This document shows positions 50,382 to 62,055 of a DNA stretch of 64,000 bases, one piece after another. The position numbers and the translations under genes were made by a program. The notes under the pieces were generated by a model. It was not told the DNA's origin. It worked only from the letters and a program-made list of their open reading frames with translations, and did not search any database. Within the stretch, counting starts at the first letter, position 1. Every line of letters begins with the position of its first letter. The stretch comes from Mustelus asterias (Eukaryota), in NCBI RefSeq assembly GCF_964213995.1, contig NC_135805.1, forward strand, positions 96,162,001-96,226,000. The letters run 5' to 3'.

Positions 50382-51736
50382 CAGTGTTTTCCAAACTTTT
50401 TTTTCCAGCGACCCATTTTTACCAAATGGCCATCCCTCGCGACCCATGTCACTTGGGATGTGTAATGAAATATGATCTTTCTACATTGTACCAATATTAC
50501 ACAGTGTATTAAATATCAGGGGGTCAGTTTAAGATCCATTTTCCTATTTATTTGGGTCATATTCCGGCACAAAGAAAATTGGTGTCAGTATTTTGCAAAC
50601 TCCTCTCATCAACATATACATTCAAAATAAATGTCTGAAATCAGACAATACATCCATTTACTGTGTATCAGCTGTCCACAGAAAATTGACTGCTGTTTAT
50701 CTGTACAGATTTCTCAATTAAGATGCACCTTTCAAATGCAGAGCTCACCAGATCAACGTTCTATTTTCTATGTTTTTATATCTATTTCCTATGTTTTATA
50801 GATATGTTCAAGAGGGAGGTGGATACGGCCAGGGATCAAGGGGTATGGAGAGAAAGCAGGAGTGGGATACTGAAAGTGCATGATCAGCCAGGATCATATT
50901 GAATGGTGGTGCAGGCTCGAAGGGCTGAATGGCCTACTCCTGCACCTATTTTCTATGTTTTCTGTGTTCTGCTTTTAGGTGGAAACTTAATAGGGCAGAC
51001 ATCAATTATCTATCTATTACCATCCCATCAATAAAGCTCACTGGTAAGTGGGCTATGCCACATCAATAACTACATTTTGCTGCAGCCATTGAAGTCTGTG
51101 GTTTATGTGTTGATTATTCTTTCTCACATACAGCTGTAATTACAAAAAAAAAACGTCTCAATGATTTTTCTGTTTTTCAGACGTCATCTCATTTGGAAAT
51201 TGATTCAGCATTTTTTATGCACACGGGAAAAATAATGCGTTGGATTGTGAGATGTACTCGTCAAACTCTGAAGTTATAGCCGGCCTTCACGGCAGGAAAA
51301 TGGTGACTCATGCAGAGTCCACTGACCAGGCAAGCTGCAGGACTGCCGCTGCAATCACAATCTAAATGGGATTTAAAAATACACTTCTCTCCTAATTTTC
51401 CCTTCATAAAGTGCGCACAACTTGAATTGTATCAGGCAATACTAAGCTTTATCTCCACATCAGAAGTCCTCATGCCATCGTCTGAGATGTCCTCCTTGCC
51501 ATCATCTATAAAATGTGCGCTATAAATAAATCATCTCGCAACTTTTTGAACAGGATCTCTTTGGTTTTTTTAACAGGATTGTGAAAACCCCCACTTTTTT
51601 TTAGCAGGATCACAGGACATCCTTCCTTTTTTTTTAACAGGATCAGGTTATAGAGCAGCGAGAATTTACCCGGTGACCCATTTTCAGCATTCCGTGGCCC
51701 ACCTGCGGGTCACAATCCCCACTTTGAAAAACCTTG
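50382..51736. mobile_element. hAT (Charlie-like) non-autonomous transposon; CR1 3' tip nested at about 50800-50965
   Basis: Perfect 8-bp TSD GCCTAGAT (50374-50381, 51737-51744); TIRs CAGTGTTTTCCAAA / TTTGAAAAACCTTG; subterminal GACCCA repeats. Confidence 0.88.
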
Positions 51737-51834
51737 GCCTAGATGATGAAGACAAAACTGTACTCCAGTTTCGTATTGCACAATGGAGCACTTACATGTT
51801 TTTGGGTTTATAGGAAACTGCAATTTTTAAGAAT

Positions 51835-52335
51835 GTGCTTATGGGATGTGATTATCGCTAACAAGGTCAGCATTTATTACCCATCCCTAATTGCCGCTGT
51901 GAAGGTAGTGGTGAGCCACCATCTTGAACTGCTACAGTACATCTGGTGTAGATATACCCACAGTTCTGCTCAGGAGAGAGTTCCAGAATTTTGACCCAGA
52001 GACAGTGAAGGAACGCCGCCATCATTCCAAGTCCGATGCTTTATTGTTTGATGGGGAACTTGCATGTGGTGGTGACACCATGCATCTGCTGCTCTTGTTC
52101 TACTAAATGGTAGAGGGCACAGATTTATAAGGTGCTGTTAAAAGAGCCTTGCTGCATCTTGTGCAATGCTGCTATTATGTGCTAGTGGTGGAGGGACTGA
52201 AATATAAAGGTAATGGATGAGATGTCAATAATGTAGACTGCTATGCCTTAGATAGTGTCAAGCTTCTTGAATGTTGTCAGATACTCATCCAGGTTAGAAG
52301 AGCATATTTCCTTACGCTCCTGGCTTGTGCCTTAT
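51835..52335 (-). mobile_element. Second CR1-group LINE 3' end
   Basis: Reverse complement of the tail GGCAATTAGGGATGGGTAATAAATGCTG and upstream body. Confidence 0.8.
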
Positions 52336-52610
52336 TAAAAGAAAATTTGCATTTTTATAGAACTTTTTACAACTATTGTCTACAACTGGATGTCTCAAAG
52401 AGCTCAGACTCGAAATGTTGGCTCTATTCTCTCTCCACCTGCTGAGATTTTCCAGCATTTTCTGTTTTTGTCTCAATGTATTTTACAGCCAATGAAGTAC
52501 TTTTCATTTATTGAAGTGTAGTCACTGTTGTAATGTAGCAAACACAGCAGCTAATTTGCACTCAGCAAGCCCCCACAAGCACAAAGTGATCATGACTAGG
52601 TAATCTTAGA
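52336..52610 (-). mobile_element. DeuSINE-like remnant with a PLE family 2 tail inserted at 52401-52468
   Basis: TTTACAGCCAATGAAGTACTTT..GAAGTGTAGTCACTGTTGTAATGTAG; insert flanked by TGTCTCAAAG / TGTCTCAATG. Confidence 0.7.
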
Positions 52611-52619
52611 GTGGTTCAC

Positions 52620-53560
52620 CTTTAGTCCTCACTGGCACCCAGCTGTCATCTGTGGCTCTAAGGGATTATTTGCATGCAACAGCCACCAAATCTTGAACCT
52701 GCAACCCCAAATACTGAAGTCACAGTTTTTCATTCATTCATCTGGCTTTCATTCATCTGAAGTAACGATGGACCTTGGCAACCCAAATCAACTGAACCGT
52801 TCTAGTCAGGATCACACTGCTCACCTCCATGGCAGAAGGAAGGATCTGGAACAGGTGCCCAAAAACATTGTCTGCTACATTTACCCTGGCCAATTTACCA
52901 TGACTGACAGGGATCCTGTTAAAGTCGTCAAACAATACATATGAAGAAGACAGAGGTAACATCGCTTACCATTGGTATGTGGAACACACAAATGCTCATG
53001 CTCTATGCCAGAGCTGGCAGACCAGAGGCGAACAACCCTGCTTGGGAGAAATCTTGTAAGAGTTTTAACAACACCAGGTTAAAGTCCAACAGGTTTATTT
53101 GGTAGCAAATGCCAAATGGCATTTGCTACCAAATAAACCTGTTGGACTTTAACCTGGTGTTGTTAAAACTCTTACTGTGTTTACCCCAGTCAAATGCCGG
53201 CATCTCCACATCATGGGAGAAATCTTTCCAGATACAGCATGTATGTAGCAGCATTGAGTGAGACTTGACTCACCTAGAATGAAGGGTAAATTAGTGGAAC
53301 TGGAACTTGATGCAGCTTATTCTGCTGCAGTGGCAGTAGCAAAGAGCATCATGAAGCAGGAATAGGGCTGTCCTCAAACTTGCCAGCCTTCCCAAAGGCA
53401 AAACTCACTGCCTCATGACATTGCAGCTTTCCCTCACAGTGAAAAATCATGTCACCATTGTTCGTGCTAACGCACTCAGGATGTCAAATTCTGAAATGTA
53501 TGAAGAGTTAAAATCTTTGATTGCTGCAGTGCCAAGATCAGACAATCTCATCAGCGCAGA
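52620..53560 (+). mobile_element. RTE (BovB-like) LINE 5' fragment, endonuclease region
   Basis: LTIGMWN, RPE/RRTTLLGR, VAALSET, LMTLQL...TIVRANA...LIAAVPRSDNLI. Confidence 0.75.
53056..53213 (+). mobile_element. Miniature palindromic PLE insertion without the ribozyme core
   Basis: 120-bp palindrome 53056-53175 (loop AA at 53115-53116) plus tail; perfect TSD TGGGAGAAATCTT (53043-53055, 53214-53226). Confidence 0.9.
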
Positions 53561-54064
53561 ACTCCTGTGGAGTAGCAATCACTGTCAGATTGCCACTCCA
53601 ATCTTTTTTAACTAAGCCAGGTTTCGAGCTGCAGGTCTCCTGTCTAATCCTCAATCCTGGGTCTGGTGAGAAATGTGAAGGCAGCTGCTCCGGGGGCCAT
53701 CCACCACGGCAGCATCACGGTGATGGGAGAGAGAGAGAGGGGGGGGGGGGGGTGGGGTTGGGGGAGGGGATTGAAGCCATGCTCCCTTCTTGCAGCATTT
53801 ACTGCCATAAACCAGGGAAGCTTTAAGGTTCCCAGCTGTCCCGCTCATGTGATAACATATTACCTTGGACTGATTTAATGTACAAGACACACAAGACATC
53901 AATCAGTCACAAGGGATTGGCTAAATATGTTGTGAGTTTGGGAGGGTTGGGTTTTCGGGGGGTTTGGGTGCTTTTGGGGATGGGGCCATGTGAGGTCGGA
54001 GGGTATATGATGTGATCCTTGCCCTCCTACTACACCCACTCCACCAATGCCCTTGTTACTGCCA

Positions 54065-54155
54065 GTAAGAAGTCAAATAAACCTGTTGGACTTTAACCTG
54101 GTGTTGTGAGACTTCTTACTGTGCTTACCCAAGTCCAACGCCGGCATCTCCACAT
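54065..54155 (+). mobile_element. Very short PLE insertion with a roughly 10-bp inverted arm
   Basis: GTAAGAAGTC inverted arm, then PLE 3' end; TSD CTTGTTA(C/G)TGCCA (54052-54064, 54156-54168). Confidence 0.85.
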
Positions 54156-56149
54156 CTTGTTAGTGCCACACAGTGAGTGAGGTTGGCCCAGCACTTGCCG
54201 GCATGCAGTCTGCATCTGGACCCTCAAGGACAGGGGTTGCTCAATGCCACCCACAACAGCCATCTGAAGTGCCCTTAGTGGAAGTTGAGCAATTGTATGT
54301 TCCATCTTCCAAACTGTAGAGAACAAGAAGCATTTTGTAAGAGTACCCAGGATTCGTTAAAAAACCCAAAAAGTAGGCATTAGGAAACTTCAATGGCTGA
54401 TATAATTGATAAAATACACAGATGGAATTGTGTTTTTTGACGTTTTTTTGTTATTCTGAATCTCATGTTAGTGTTAATATTGATGATGAAGTGAAGGCAA
54501 AACCCTCAAAGCTATAATGAGGCAGGCAGTCAGATGGTAGTAGTAGGGACAGTGTTTACAATGATTGTGGTGCTGTCAATGTATGGGGAATGGGATGGAT
54601 TGTTTATGTGTGACACTGTTGGATGAGCCACTCTCTGAGAACTCGGGTAGCTAGGGATGCTAATGGTAGATGTTGCTTTTGATCATCTGCCTCTGGCAGC
54701 CCAGCTGGTGGCAAGAGTTAGCCCCTCATTGTGGCAAAGTTGTGGAGCATGCAACCAGAAATTGGGGAAGTGGAATTCCTTCTCATTCCCATGATGGGGC
54801 ACAAAAAGATATGGATGAAATCTATGGTACCATGGACCTTGGAATGTGAGTGAAGAATTGTGTACTCTGGCATTGCTTCACTCTACCCATTGGGAAAGAG
54901 ATGCATGTATTTACTTTGACATAAAGCACTTCGGCGACCTCCTTGCTAAAATGGTGACTACTTTAGGTTAAATCTAATTGACTGGAATACATTGCGGCTG
55001 CAATCAACATAAGATATTCTGCAAAGTCTGAAATTATTATTCATACCTCATCAAATGCAAGAAGAGATAATTTTAGATAATAGAGCACTGTGTTCATGCT
55101 CTGGGTTTTAATGCATTTGCAAAATCATATGGATTGTTCACATTTTGAACTGCTTTAAGTATGTGTGAAGTAATGACAGAAAGAGAGGGCAAGCTAAAAA
55201 GAACCTGCTTATGGAAGTTGAAGGATCCATTTGATCTCCAGTCAGACTCCGAATTGATACAGCGCAGCTCAGTGAAATGAACAAAGCCTTTTCGCTTTCT
55301 ATTTCAACTCACCTGGCAAGATTTTTTTTGTTAATTTGTGAACCTCCTGTCGACTCTCCTTTAGATTTCTGGTTTATAAGTTGTGTTGTGAGTTCCTTTA
55401 ATTGAGCTCTGAATTGTCAGAGCAGGTTTCCATGTAGCTGGATCATCCTGGCAGTGCAGTCAAGCTAAAAACTAGTTACCTTTACAACAAATCTGGCTGA
55501 GTGCCTGTGGTATCAATCTTCATTGAAACTGGGTGTGCAGTACCTTATTATCAACTATCAGCCTGCTAAAGGTACTTTCTATTAACTAAGTACTTCTAAT
55601 TTAAATTTCTGCACCTTTCAGCAAACACTGGCCAATTAATTCTGATAACCTTTGTACTCACATGACTAATATATTCATACAGAATGTTATCCTACAATCT
55701 TATGACATGAATAACGTTTGGCTGATGTTTGAGTATTTTCCAATAAAATAATTTGAAGGCAAAATTAAAAGGTTATACCATATAAATATCTCTTCACGCT
55801 TATGTTTATTGACAATTTTCACTATTTTGCTGAATGCTATGTTTTGAATATCTTCTGGCCTTTCATCCTCATTTTGTATTTGCATTTTGTGGCAGTGTTG
55901 TTTGTGCACTTGTGATCCTCTGTTGAACAATAAGGCAAATGTAACTTCTCCTTTCGTACACGGGGAAATTATGATGACCATTCATTTATCTTGTAAATTC
56001 CTTCAAAATATACGGTAATAATACAAGAATTGTTAAAACTAATTAGAGCAACTGTTCATGTCATATCCTCCACATTGAAAACTTTGGCAATTATAAGAAG
56101 GCTCTTTGTTACATTGCCCTGGATAATACAATCGTGAAATTCAGCAAGG

Positions 56150-56545
56150 GTGCCAGCAGGAGTGTGCTGTGCATGCACCTAAAACACGCCGAGTGGGTGG
56201 ATTGTGATATCAAATAGTTTGCAACACTGTTTTGGGGCATGAGGGTCAGGATTTGCTGCCAGTGACCATGGTTCTGCAATTCTACTCCAGCGGATCCTTC
56301 CTGATGGGAACTGGCACATCGTGCAACGTCTGGCAGTTCACCAGTTGTTAATACATCATGGAAGAGGCTCTGTATAGAGGACAAGGGAACTTCATTGCTT
56401 TGTCATTGACAAGCAAGGAGAAGGTGGGGAGAGCATGTGAATTTCTGAGACTGGCAGGATTCCTGGTGGTGCAAGTTGCAATCAACTACAAAAGAGGCTC
56501 TGTAGCTCCCACTTGTTAATGGGGAGACTTTCTTTAACCATAATC
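56150..56545 (+). pseudogene. Second Harbinger transposase relic
   Basis: VTMVLQFYSSGSFLMGTG (cf. VT.ALNFYASGSFQ..TG), EALYRG..NFI, RLAGFLVVQVAINY (cf. AGFP.VQGAIDC); cut by a MITE starting GGGCCGGGATTTTCC at about 56554. Confidence 0.75.
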
Positions 56546-58371
56546 ATTAACTAGGGCCGGGATTTTCCACTCCAGTTCAGGTCGGGCTGGTATAGCGATG
56601 GGAGCGGAAATTATCGCAAGAAGGTCAAAGTGACGACGTGAAAGCACGAAGAGATTTTACTTTCCACCCATCAGTCACGACTGCAATTCATGACGCTGAA
56701 CATCGGGAACTTCATTATAAATAAATTATCGTATCATTATCAGGCCCCTATGCTGGAATCATTCGCCCACGTCACATTCTGCAGCATGAGCGCAGAATGG
56801 TGTGAAGCACGACTGCAGTCCAAATGTGCGGAGTTGACGGGCAGTACTCACAGGGAGATTAGGCAAGCGCAGCACTCAGTGGGACGAGGTTCATGCCGCG
56901 TAGTGCCATGGTCGTCCCTGGGGAGTGCCAGTGAAGGTAGCGTCGGGTGCCAGCTTGATGCTGGTGGTGCCAGTGTGTCAAAGTAGTGCCAGGGCCTTTG
57001 CCAATGTTGGAGAAATCTCAACCTAGGAATCCACCTTGTCTTATTGTTATGGCCCCAATATATCCAATTTGCAATAGCATAACAGAGCTGACATACGATA
57101 CAAGTCAATAGAGTTGAAGCCATAAAATGTCATCAGTCATCATGAGGTGCAGGGACAGAAATCCCTCTCTAATTTATTTGTGACAATTTGGAAGTGTATT
57201 GTCTTGGAACTGCTCTGTTTGCTAGTTTTACAACGTCATTAACGCTAAATGAGTAGAAATTGCATAACAAATTTATATTGAGAAAAAGGTGTGTTGTTTT
57301 GAGTTATTTATAAACATTCCAAATTTTATTATGGTAGTTTGATCACTTCTACTTGCTGACTGATTTATTTCTATTTACAAAATGTTATATTATGAATGAT
57401 GTTGTTTCACAGGAATTAATTTGCCTCTGGATAAAGCAAAAGAAAAATTATCCACATAAAACAAAAAGGGGGCTGTCAGAAGGTAACACTGATGTCATCA
57501 TAATTAATGTCTTGTCACTTTATAAATATTTCAGTGTAATTATCCCTTTTTCAACAGACCTACTTATCAATTCCTGATTCTCTTTGTAAATTAAAATTCA
57601 ACCAGCCTCTGTACTCAGCTGGATTTTTAAAAAAAGTGATTTCCTCACTAAATAGGTTGCTGAAAGAGAATTTGAATAGCTAATTAAACGAAAATGATGA
57701 TGAAAGTGTATGGAGGAGTACAAGGAGGAGATAATACAATTGTTTCAAAATAGGTCCAGTGAGTCTAGGAAAGGAGACCTCTTTAAAAAATGGAAACCTT
57801 CTCATTCAGACAACAAAATACAGATTAAAACCATCATGCTATATATTACTTGATGCGTTGTCTCACACTTTAAAAAATATGTAGAACATCCATTTTTTCT
57901 GATGCAGCTAACTAAATTTATAGCGGGCATCTATTTATTTGGGAGGAGGTCATTCTTTTTCACTTGTTTTTTATTCTAACCTAATAAACATTAAATGTGA
58001 TAGCCATTATCTGCAACTGAGTGATTATAAATGTTCACATTGATGCAAATGCAGAGGGATGGCAATTTCATATTCAATTTCAATTATTTGCTGTTTAAAG
58101 GACTGACTGTTATGCACTCAGAACATTAGGATTCATATTAAAATACTACCATCCTTGACCACAAATTGACGGTGGCAGACTTAAAATTGTAATGTTGATA
58201 TTGGCGATATTAAAAAGGCAGCTTTATTTTGTTATCCATAAAGGTAATTCGATTGAACCTGATAGGGAGTGGATGATCGCATGCTGAACTCATGGGACCA
58301 AAGATAGAAAGTTCCCAAATTCATCCTCAGGTGCGAATTGATGTCCCCATTGCAGTTTGCCAGTCTGGATA

Positions 58372-58640
58372 TGTGGTGATTGTCCCTTTAAGGACAATAC
58401 AACAAAAGAGGGTCACCTGTCCTGGGGACCAATTGGGACTGAGAGTGGGTAATCACCCCAGGAGATGGAGTGTGCTCTTAGGCGAAGACATCCAGAGGGC
58501 ATATAGCAGAAATGTAGGGATTGGGGCAACCAGTGGGCTGCTCTAGAGCAGCCAGGGGGCTACTAGCCTCTGTAAAGTTTTTCCTTATTAATAAATACAC
58601 TTTGTGTTTCTGACAAAGTCTGTGAGCGTGTATCATTAGA
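58372..58640 (+). mobile_element. Possible short solo LTR
   Basis: TGTGGTGA..CCCTTTAAGG start like 22123, AATAAA near the end; no convincing TSD or terminal CA. Confidence 0.4.
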
Positions 58641-58844
58641 TGGCAGTTCAAATTTCAAACAGTTCCCCTAGGGAGGATAACAGGAGGGGAGTGTAAGTGT
58701 GAGTGTGGGCCAGAAGCAGAGCCTGAAAAGCTACTGCATTTTGGGAGCACAATTAACACTAACAACTCATCAATTCCATTAACTCAGACCTGGATATGAA
58801 CATAACACACCATCACTCCACCATCACCGCGCCACCCACCCTCA

Positions 58845-59817
58845 GAGCCCTATTTCACCATTTTGATTCAAAGTGCTAGCGGACTTGAAACTGGGAATGT
58901 TTCAGATCCGACTTTTAGACCCATTCTCCGGCGCCCCCTTACGCACTCTGCCTGAAACAGTATCAGCAATTCCGAATCACGCTGCACAAGTCTGTGGGCG
59001 GGGCTTAACACGCCCGAAATCCTGTAGCTCCGATCGGGGCATCCAACTGCGCATGCGCAGAAAGAAAAATAGAATGTTGCTCCCCTGCCACATCCTTGCC
59101 TCCCTCTGGCCTCCACAGACATTGCCCACCCACACAACATTACTGACGCCCTTATCCCCCAACCCCCCAATCGCGGGTCCCTCCCCCTCCTTCCCCCCCA
59201 GCAATCACAGACAGAGTGGCAGCGGACCCCCATTCCACCCCACTGATCTCAGGCAGAGTGACAGTGGACCCCTTTCCCCTCCATTGATCTCAGGCAGAGT
59301 GGCAGCAGACCGCCCCCCCACTCATCTTAGGCAGAGTGGCAGCTGACCCCCCTTCTCCCCCACTGATCTCAGGCAGAGTGGCAACAGACCCCCCCGCCCT
59401 TCCTCCCCACTCATCTCAGGCAGAGTGGCAGCGGACCCCCCTTCTCCCCCACAATCTCAAGCAGAGAGCCGTCGGACTCTAAGCACCTACCACCTCACTA
59501 ACTGGAGTGCCCAAATCGGACTTCTATCGAGCATGTAGGTTTTGTGTCGATTGTGGGGAGGGTGAACGCGGTGGTAACGGGGGAGGTGCTGGTAAAGTTG
59601 GGCGTGTAGCCCATTAAGTCTATTTAAATGCACGCAAATACATTTAAATGGCCGTCACGTTCATTTTGGGCACGGTCCTGATCGCGGCCATTTTCGGGCC
59701 TTGGTAAAGGGGGAACCGACGTGGGGGCAGGCGTGGATCGCACTACTCGCCTCACGCCCAACTTTACCAAGTTTTTGTGCCCAAAAATGGGCGCAAAGCG
59801 ATGGTAAAATTGGGCCC
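58845..59817. mobile_element. PIF/Harbinger MITE, same family as 44024-45516 in the opposite orientation
   Basis: TIRs GAGCCCTATTTCACCA / TGGTAAAATTGGGCCC; 3-bp TSD TCA (58842-58844, 59818-59820). Confidence 0.8.
59205..59465. repeat. Minisatellite of about 40-bp units inside the MITE
   Basis: About 6-7 copies of CTGATCTCAGGCAGAGTGGCAGCGGACCCCC-like units. Confidence 0.85.
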
Positions 59818-61055
59818 TCAGACTGTACCAGCCAGGCAGGCTGTTGTCCCACTCACTGATCACCTATTTATGTTACACACCACACCCAACACTGATCCTG
59901 TTGGAATTGTTTGGAGAAATTTTAATATTTACTTGTCAGATTTTAAGGAAAAATGTTCATTACCTTTGTTTTGGACAGTGGTGCAAATGGGGGCCTGTAA
60001 TTGAACTGAATATCAGGTACTGGGCAGTCAATCCAATATCACCCATTTTATATCACTGCCCAAGACAAACTTTTACCCCAGGATCTGATAGCAAACCAAT
60101 TATTTCATTAGATGTTAAATGCCATTGTTGCTCAAAGTCGACTTTGGTTACGACAGTGTATGACTTTTTAGTTAAACTATTTAAATAATAATGTGCTCGG
60201 TGAATTCCATATCTATGGGCTAGAAATCATTCCGTTATGATTTGCGACCTGGCTGCACCAATTGTCATGGAGGCAGTCTGCACAAAATTATTTGTGTTGC
60301 CTCCTTTACCTGACAGCATTGGTCCATTTGGAGATCTGCTCTACCAACCTCTTACACTGCTCAGTGCATTCACATCACACAACTTTCCCAGTGTGGGTGC
60401 TGTGCAGTTGTGTTGGAAGCTCTGCACGCCTCACATGGAGGGCATTGGACTTCCATAGCTTTGGCTCCCGTCATGCTGTAGATTAAAATTTCATGCCCTG
60501 TGTATTGAACAAAGCAAGAAGTCTCACAACACCAGGTTAAAGTCCAACAGGTTTATTTGGTAGCAAATACCATAAGCTTTCGGAGCGCTGCTCCTTCGTC
60601 AGATGGAGTGGAAATGTGCTCTCAAACAGGGCACAGAGACACAGAAATCAAGTTACAGAATACTAATTAGAATGCGAATCCCTACAGCCAGCCAGGTCTT
60701 AAAGGTACAGACAATGTGGGTGGAGGGAGCATTAAACACACGTTAAAGAGATGTGTATTGTCTCCAGACAGAACAGCTAGTGAGATTCTGCAAGTCCAGG
60801 GGGCAAGCTGTGGGGGTTACTGATAACGTGACATAAATCCAACATCCCGGTTTAGGCCGTCCTCATGTGTGCGGAACTTGGCTATCAGTTTCTGCTCAGC
60901 GACTCTGCGCTGTCGTGTGTCGTGAAGGCCGCCTTGGAGAACGCTTACCTGAAGATCCAAGGCTGAATGCAGTTTTTCGCTGTGGCGCGTCAGAACTGTT
61001 GATCGATGAGTCGAGCGCCATATCCTGTTCTTATGAGGGCATCTTTCAGCCTCTG

Positions 61056-61808
61056 GATGCCCTCATAAGAACAGGATATGACGCTCGACTCATCGATCAA
61101 CAGTTCCGACGCACCACAGTGAAAAACCGCACCGACCTCCTCAGAAGACAAACACGGGACACGGTGGACAGAGTACCCTTCGTCGTCCAGTACATCCCCG
61201 GAGCGGAGAAGCTACGGCATCTCCTCCGGAGTCTTCAACATGTCATTGATGAAGACGAACATCTCGCCAAGGCCATCCCCACACCCCCACTTCTTGCCTT
61301 CAAACAACCACGCAACCTCAAACAGACCATTGTCCGTAGCAAACTACCCAGCCTTCAGGAGAACAGTGACCACGACACCACACAACCCTGCCACAGCAAC
61401 CTCTGCAAGACGTGCCGGATCATCGACACGGATGCCATCATCTCACGTGAGAACACCATCTACCAGGTACACGGTACCTACTCTTGCAACTCGGCCAACG
61501 TTGTCTGCCTGATACGGTGCAGGAAAGGATGTCCTGAGACATGGTACATTGGGGAAACCATGCAGACGCTACGACAACGGATGAATGAACACCGCTCGAC
61601 AATCACCAGGCAAGACTGTTCTCTTCCTGTGGGGGAGCACTTCAGCAGTCACTGGCATTCAGCCTTGGATCTTCAGGTAAGCGTTCTCCAAGGCGGCCTT
61701 CACGACACACGACAGCGCAGAGTCGCTGAGCAGAAACTGATAGCCAAGTTCCGCACACATGAGGATGGCCTAAACCGGGATGTTGGATTTATGTCACGTT
61801 ATCAGTAA
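61056..61808 (+). CDS. PLE ORF C-terminus: RT thumb end, Cys-rich linker, GIY-YIG endonuclease
   Basis: PCHSNLCKTC linker, NVVCLIRC..WYIGETMQTLRQRMNEH, EHF, EQKLI..DGLN; the first 63 aa of the ORF-track call come from the inverted arm. Confidence 0.9.
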   Translation, partial: DALIRTGYDARLIDQQFRRTTVKNRTDLLRRQTRDTVDRVPFVVQYIPGAEKLRHLLRSLQHVIDEDEHLAKAIPTPPLLAFKQPRNLKQTIVRSKLPSLQENSDHDTTQPCHSNLCKTCRIIDTDAIISRENTIYQVHGTYSCNSANVVCLIRCRKGCPETWYIGETMQTLRQRMNEHRSTITRQDCSLPVGEHFSSHWHSALDLQVSVLQGGLHDTRQRRVAEQKLIAKFRTHEDGLNRDVGFMSRYQ

Positions 61809-62018
61809 CCCCCACAGCTTGCCCCCTGGACTTGCAGAATCTCACTAGCTGTTCTGTCTGGAGACAATACACATCTCTTTAACGTGTGTTTAATGCTCCC
61901 TCCACCCACATTGTCTGTACCTTTAAGACCTGGTTGGTTGTAGAGATTCGCATTCTAATTAGTATTCTGTAACTTGATTTCTGTGCCTCTGTGCCCTGTT
62001 TGAGAGCACATTTCCACT

Positions 62019-62055
62019 CCATCTGACGAAGGAGCAGCGCTCCGAAAGCTTATGG
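62019..62055 (+). ncRNA. Minimal type I hammerhead ribozyme (mirror copy on the minus strand at 60570-60606)
   Basis: CCAT-CTGACGA-A-GGAGC(agc)GCTCC-GAAA-GCTT-ATGG; stems I and II pair perfectly. Confidence 0.85.

Noticed and set aside
51181-51525. Exon or conserved element after TTTTTCAG
   Set aside because: Lies inside the hAT element; no donor site or convincing frame
59205-59465. CRISPR-like array
   Set aside because: Units are separated only by C-rich variable linkers, not unique spacers; vertebrate context and no cas genes
60867-61055. N-terminal 63 aa of the 313-aa ORF as a novel domain fused to GIY-YIG
   Set aside because: It is the antisense reading of the element's own inverted arm
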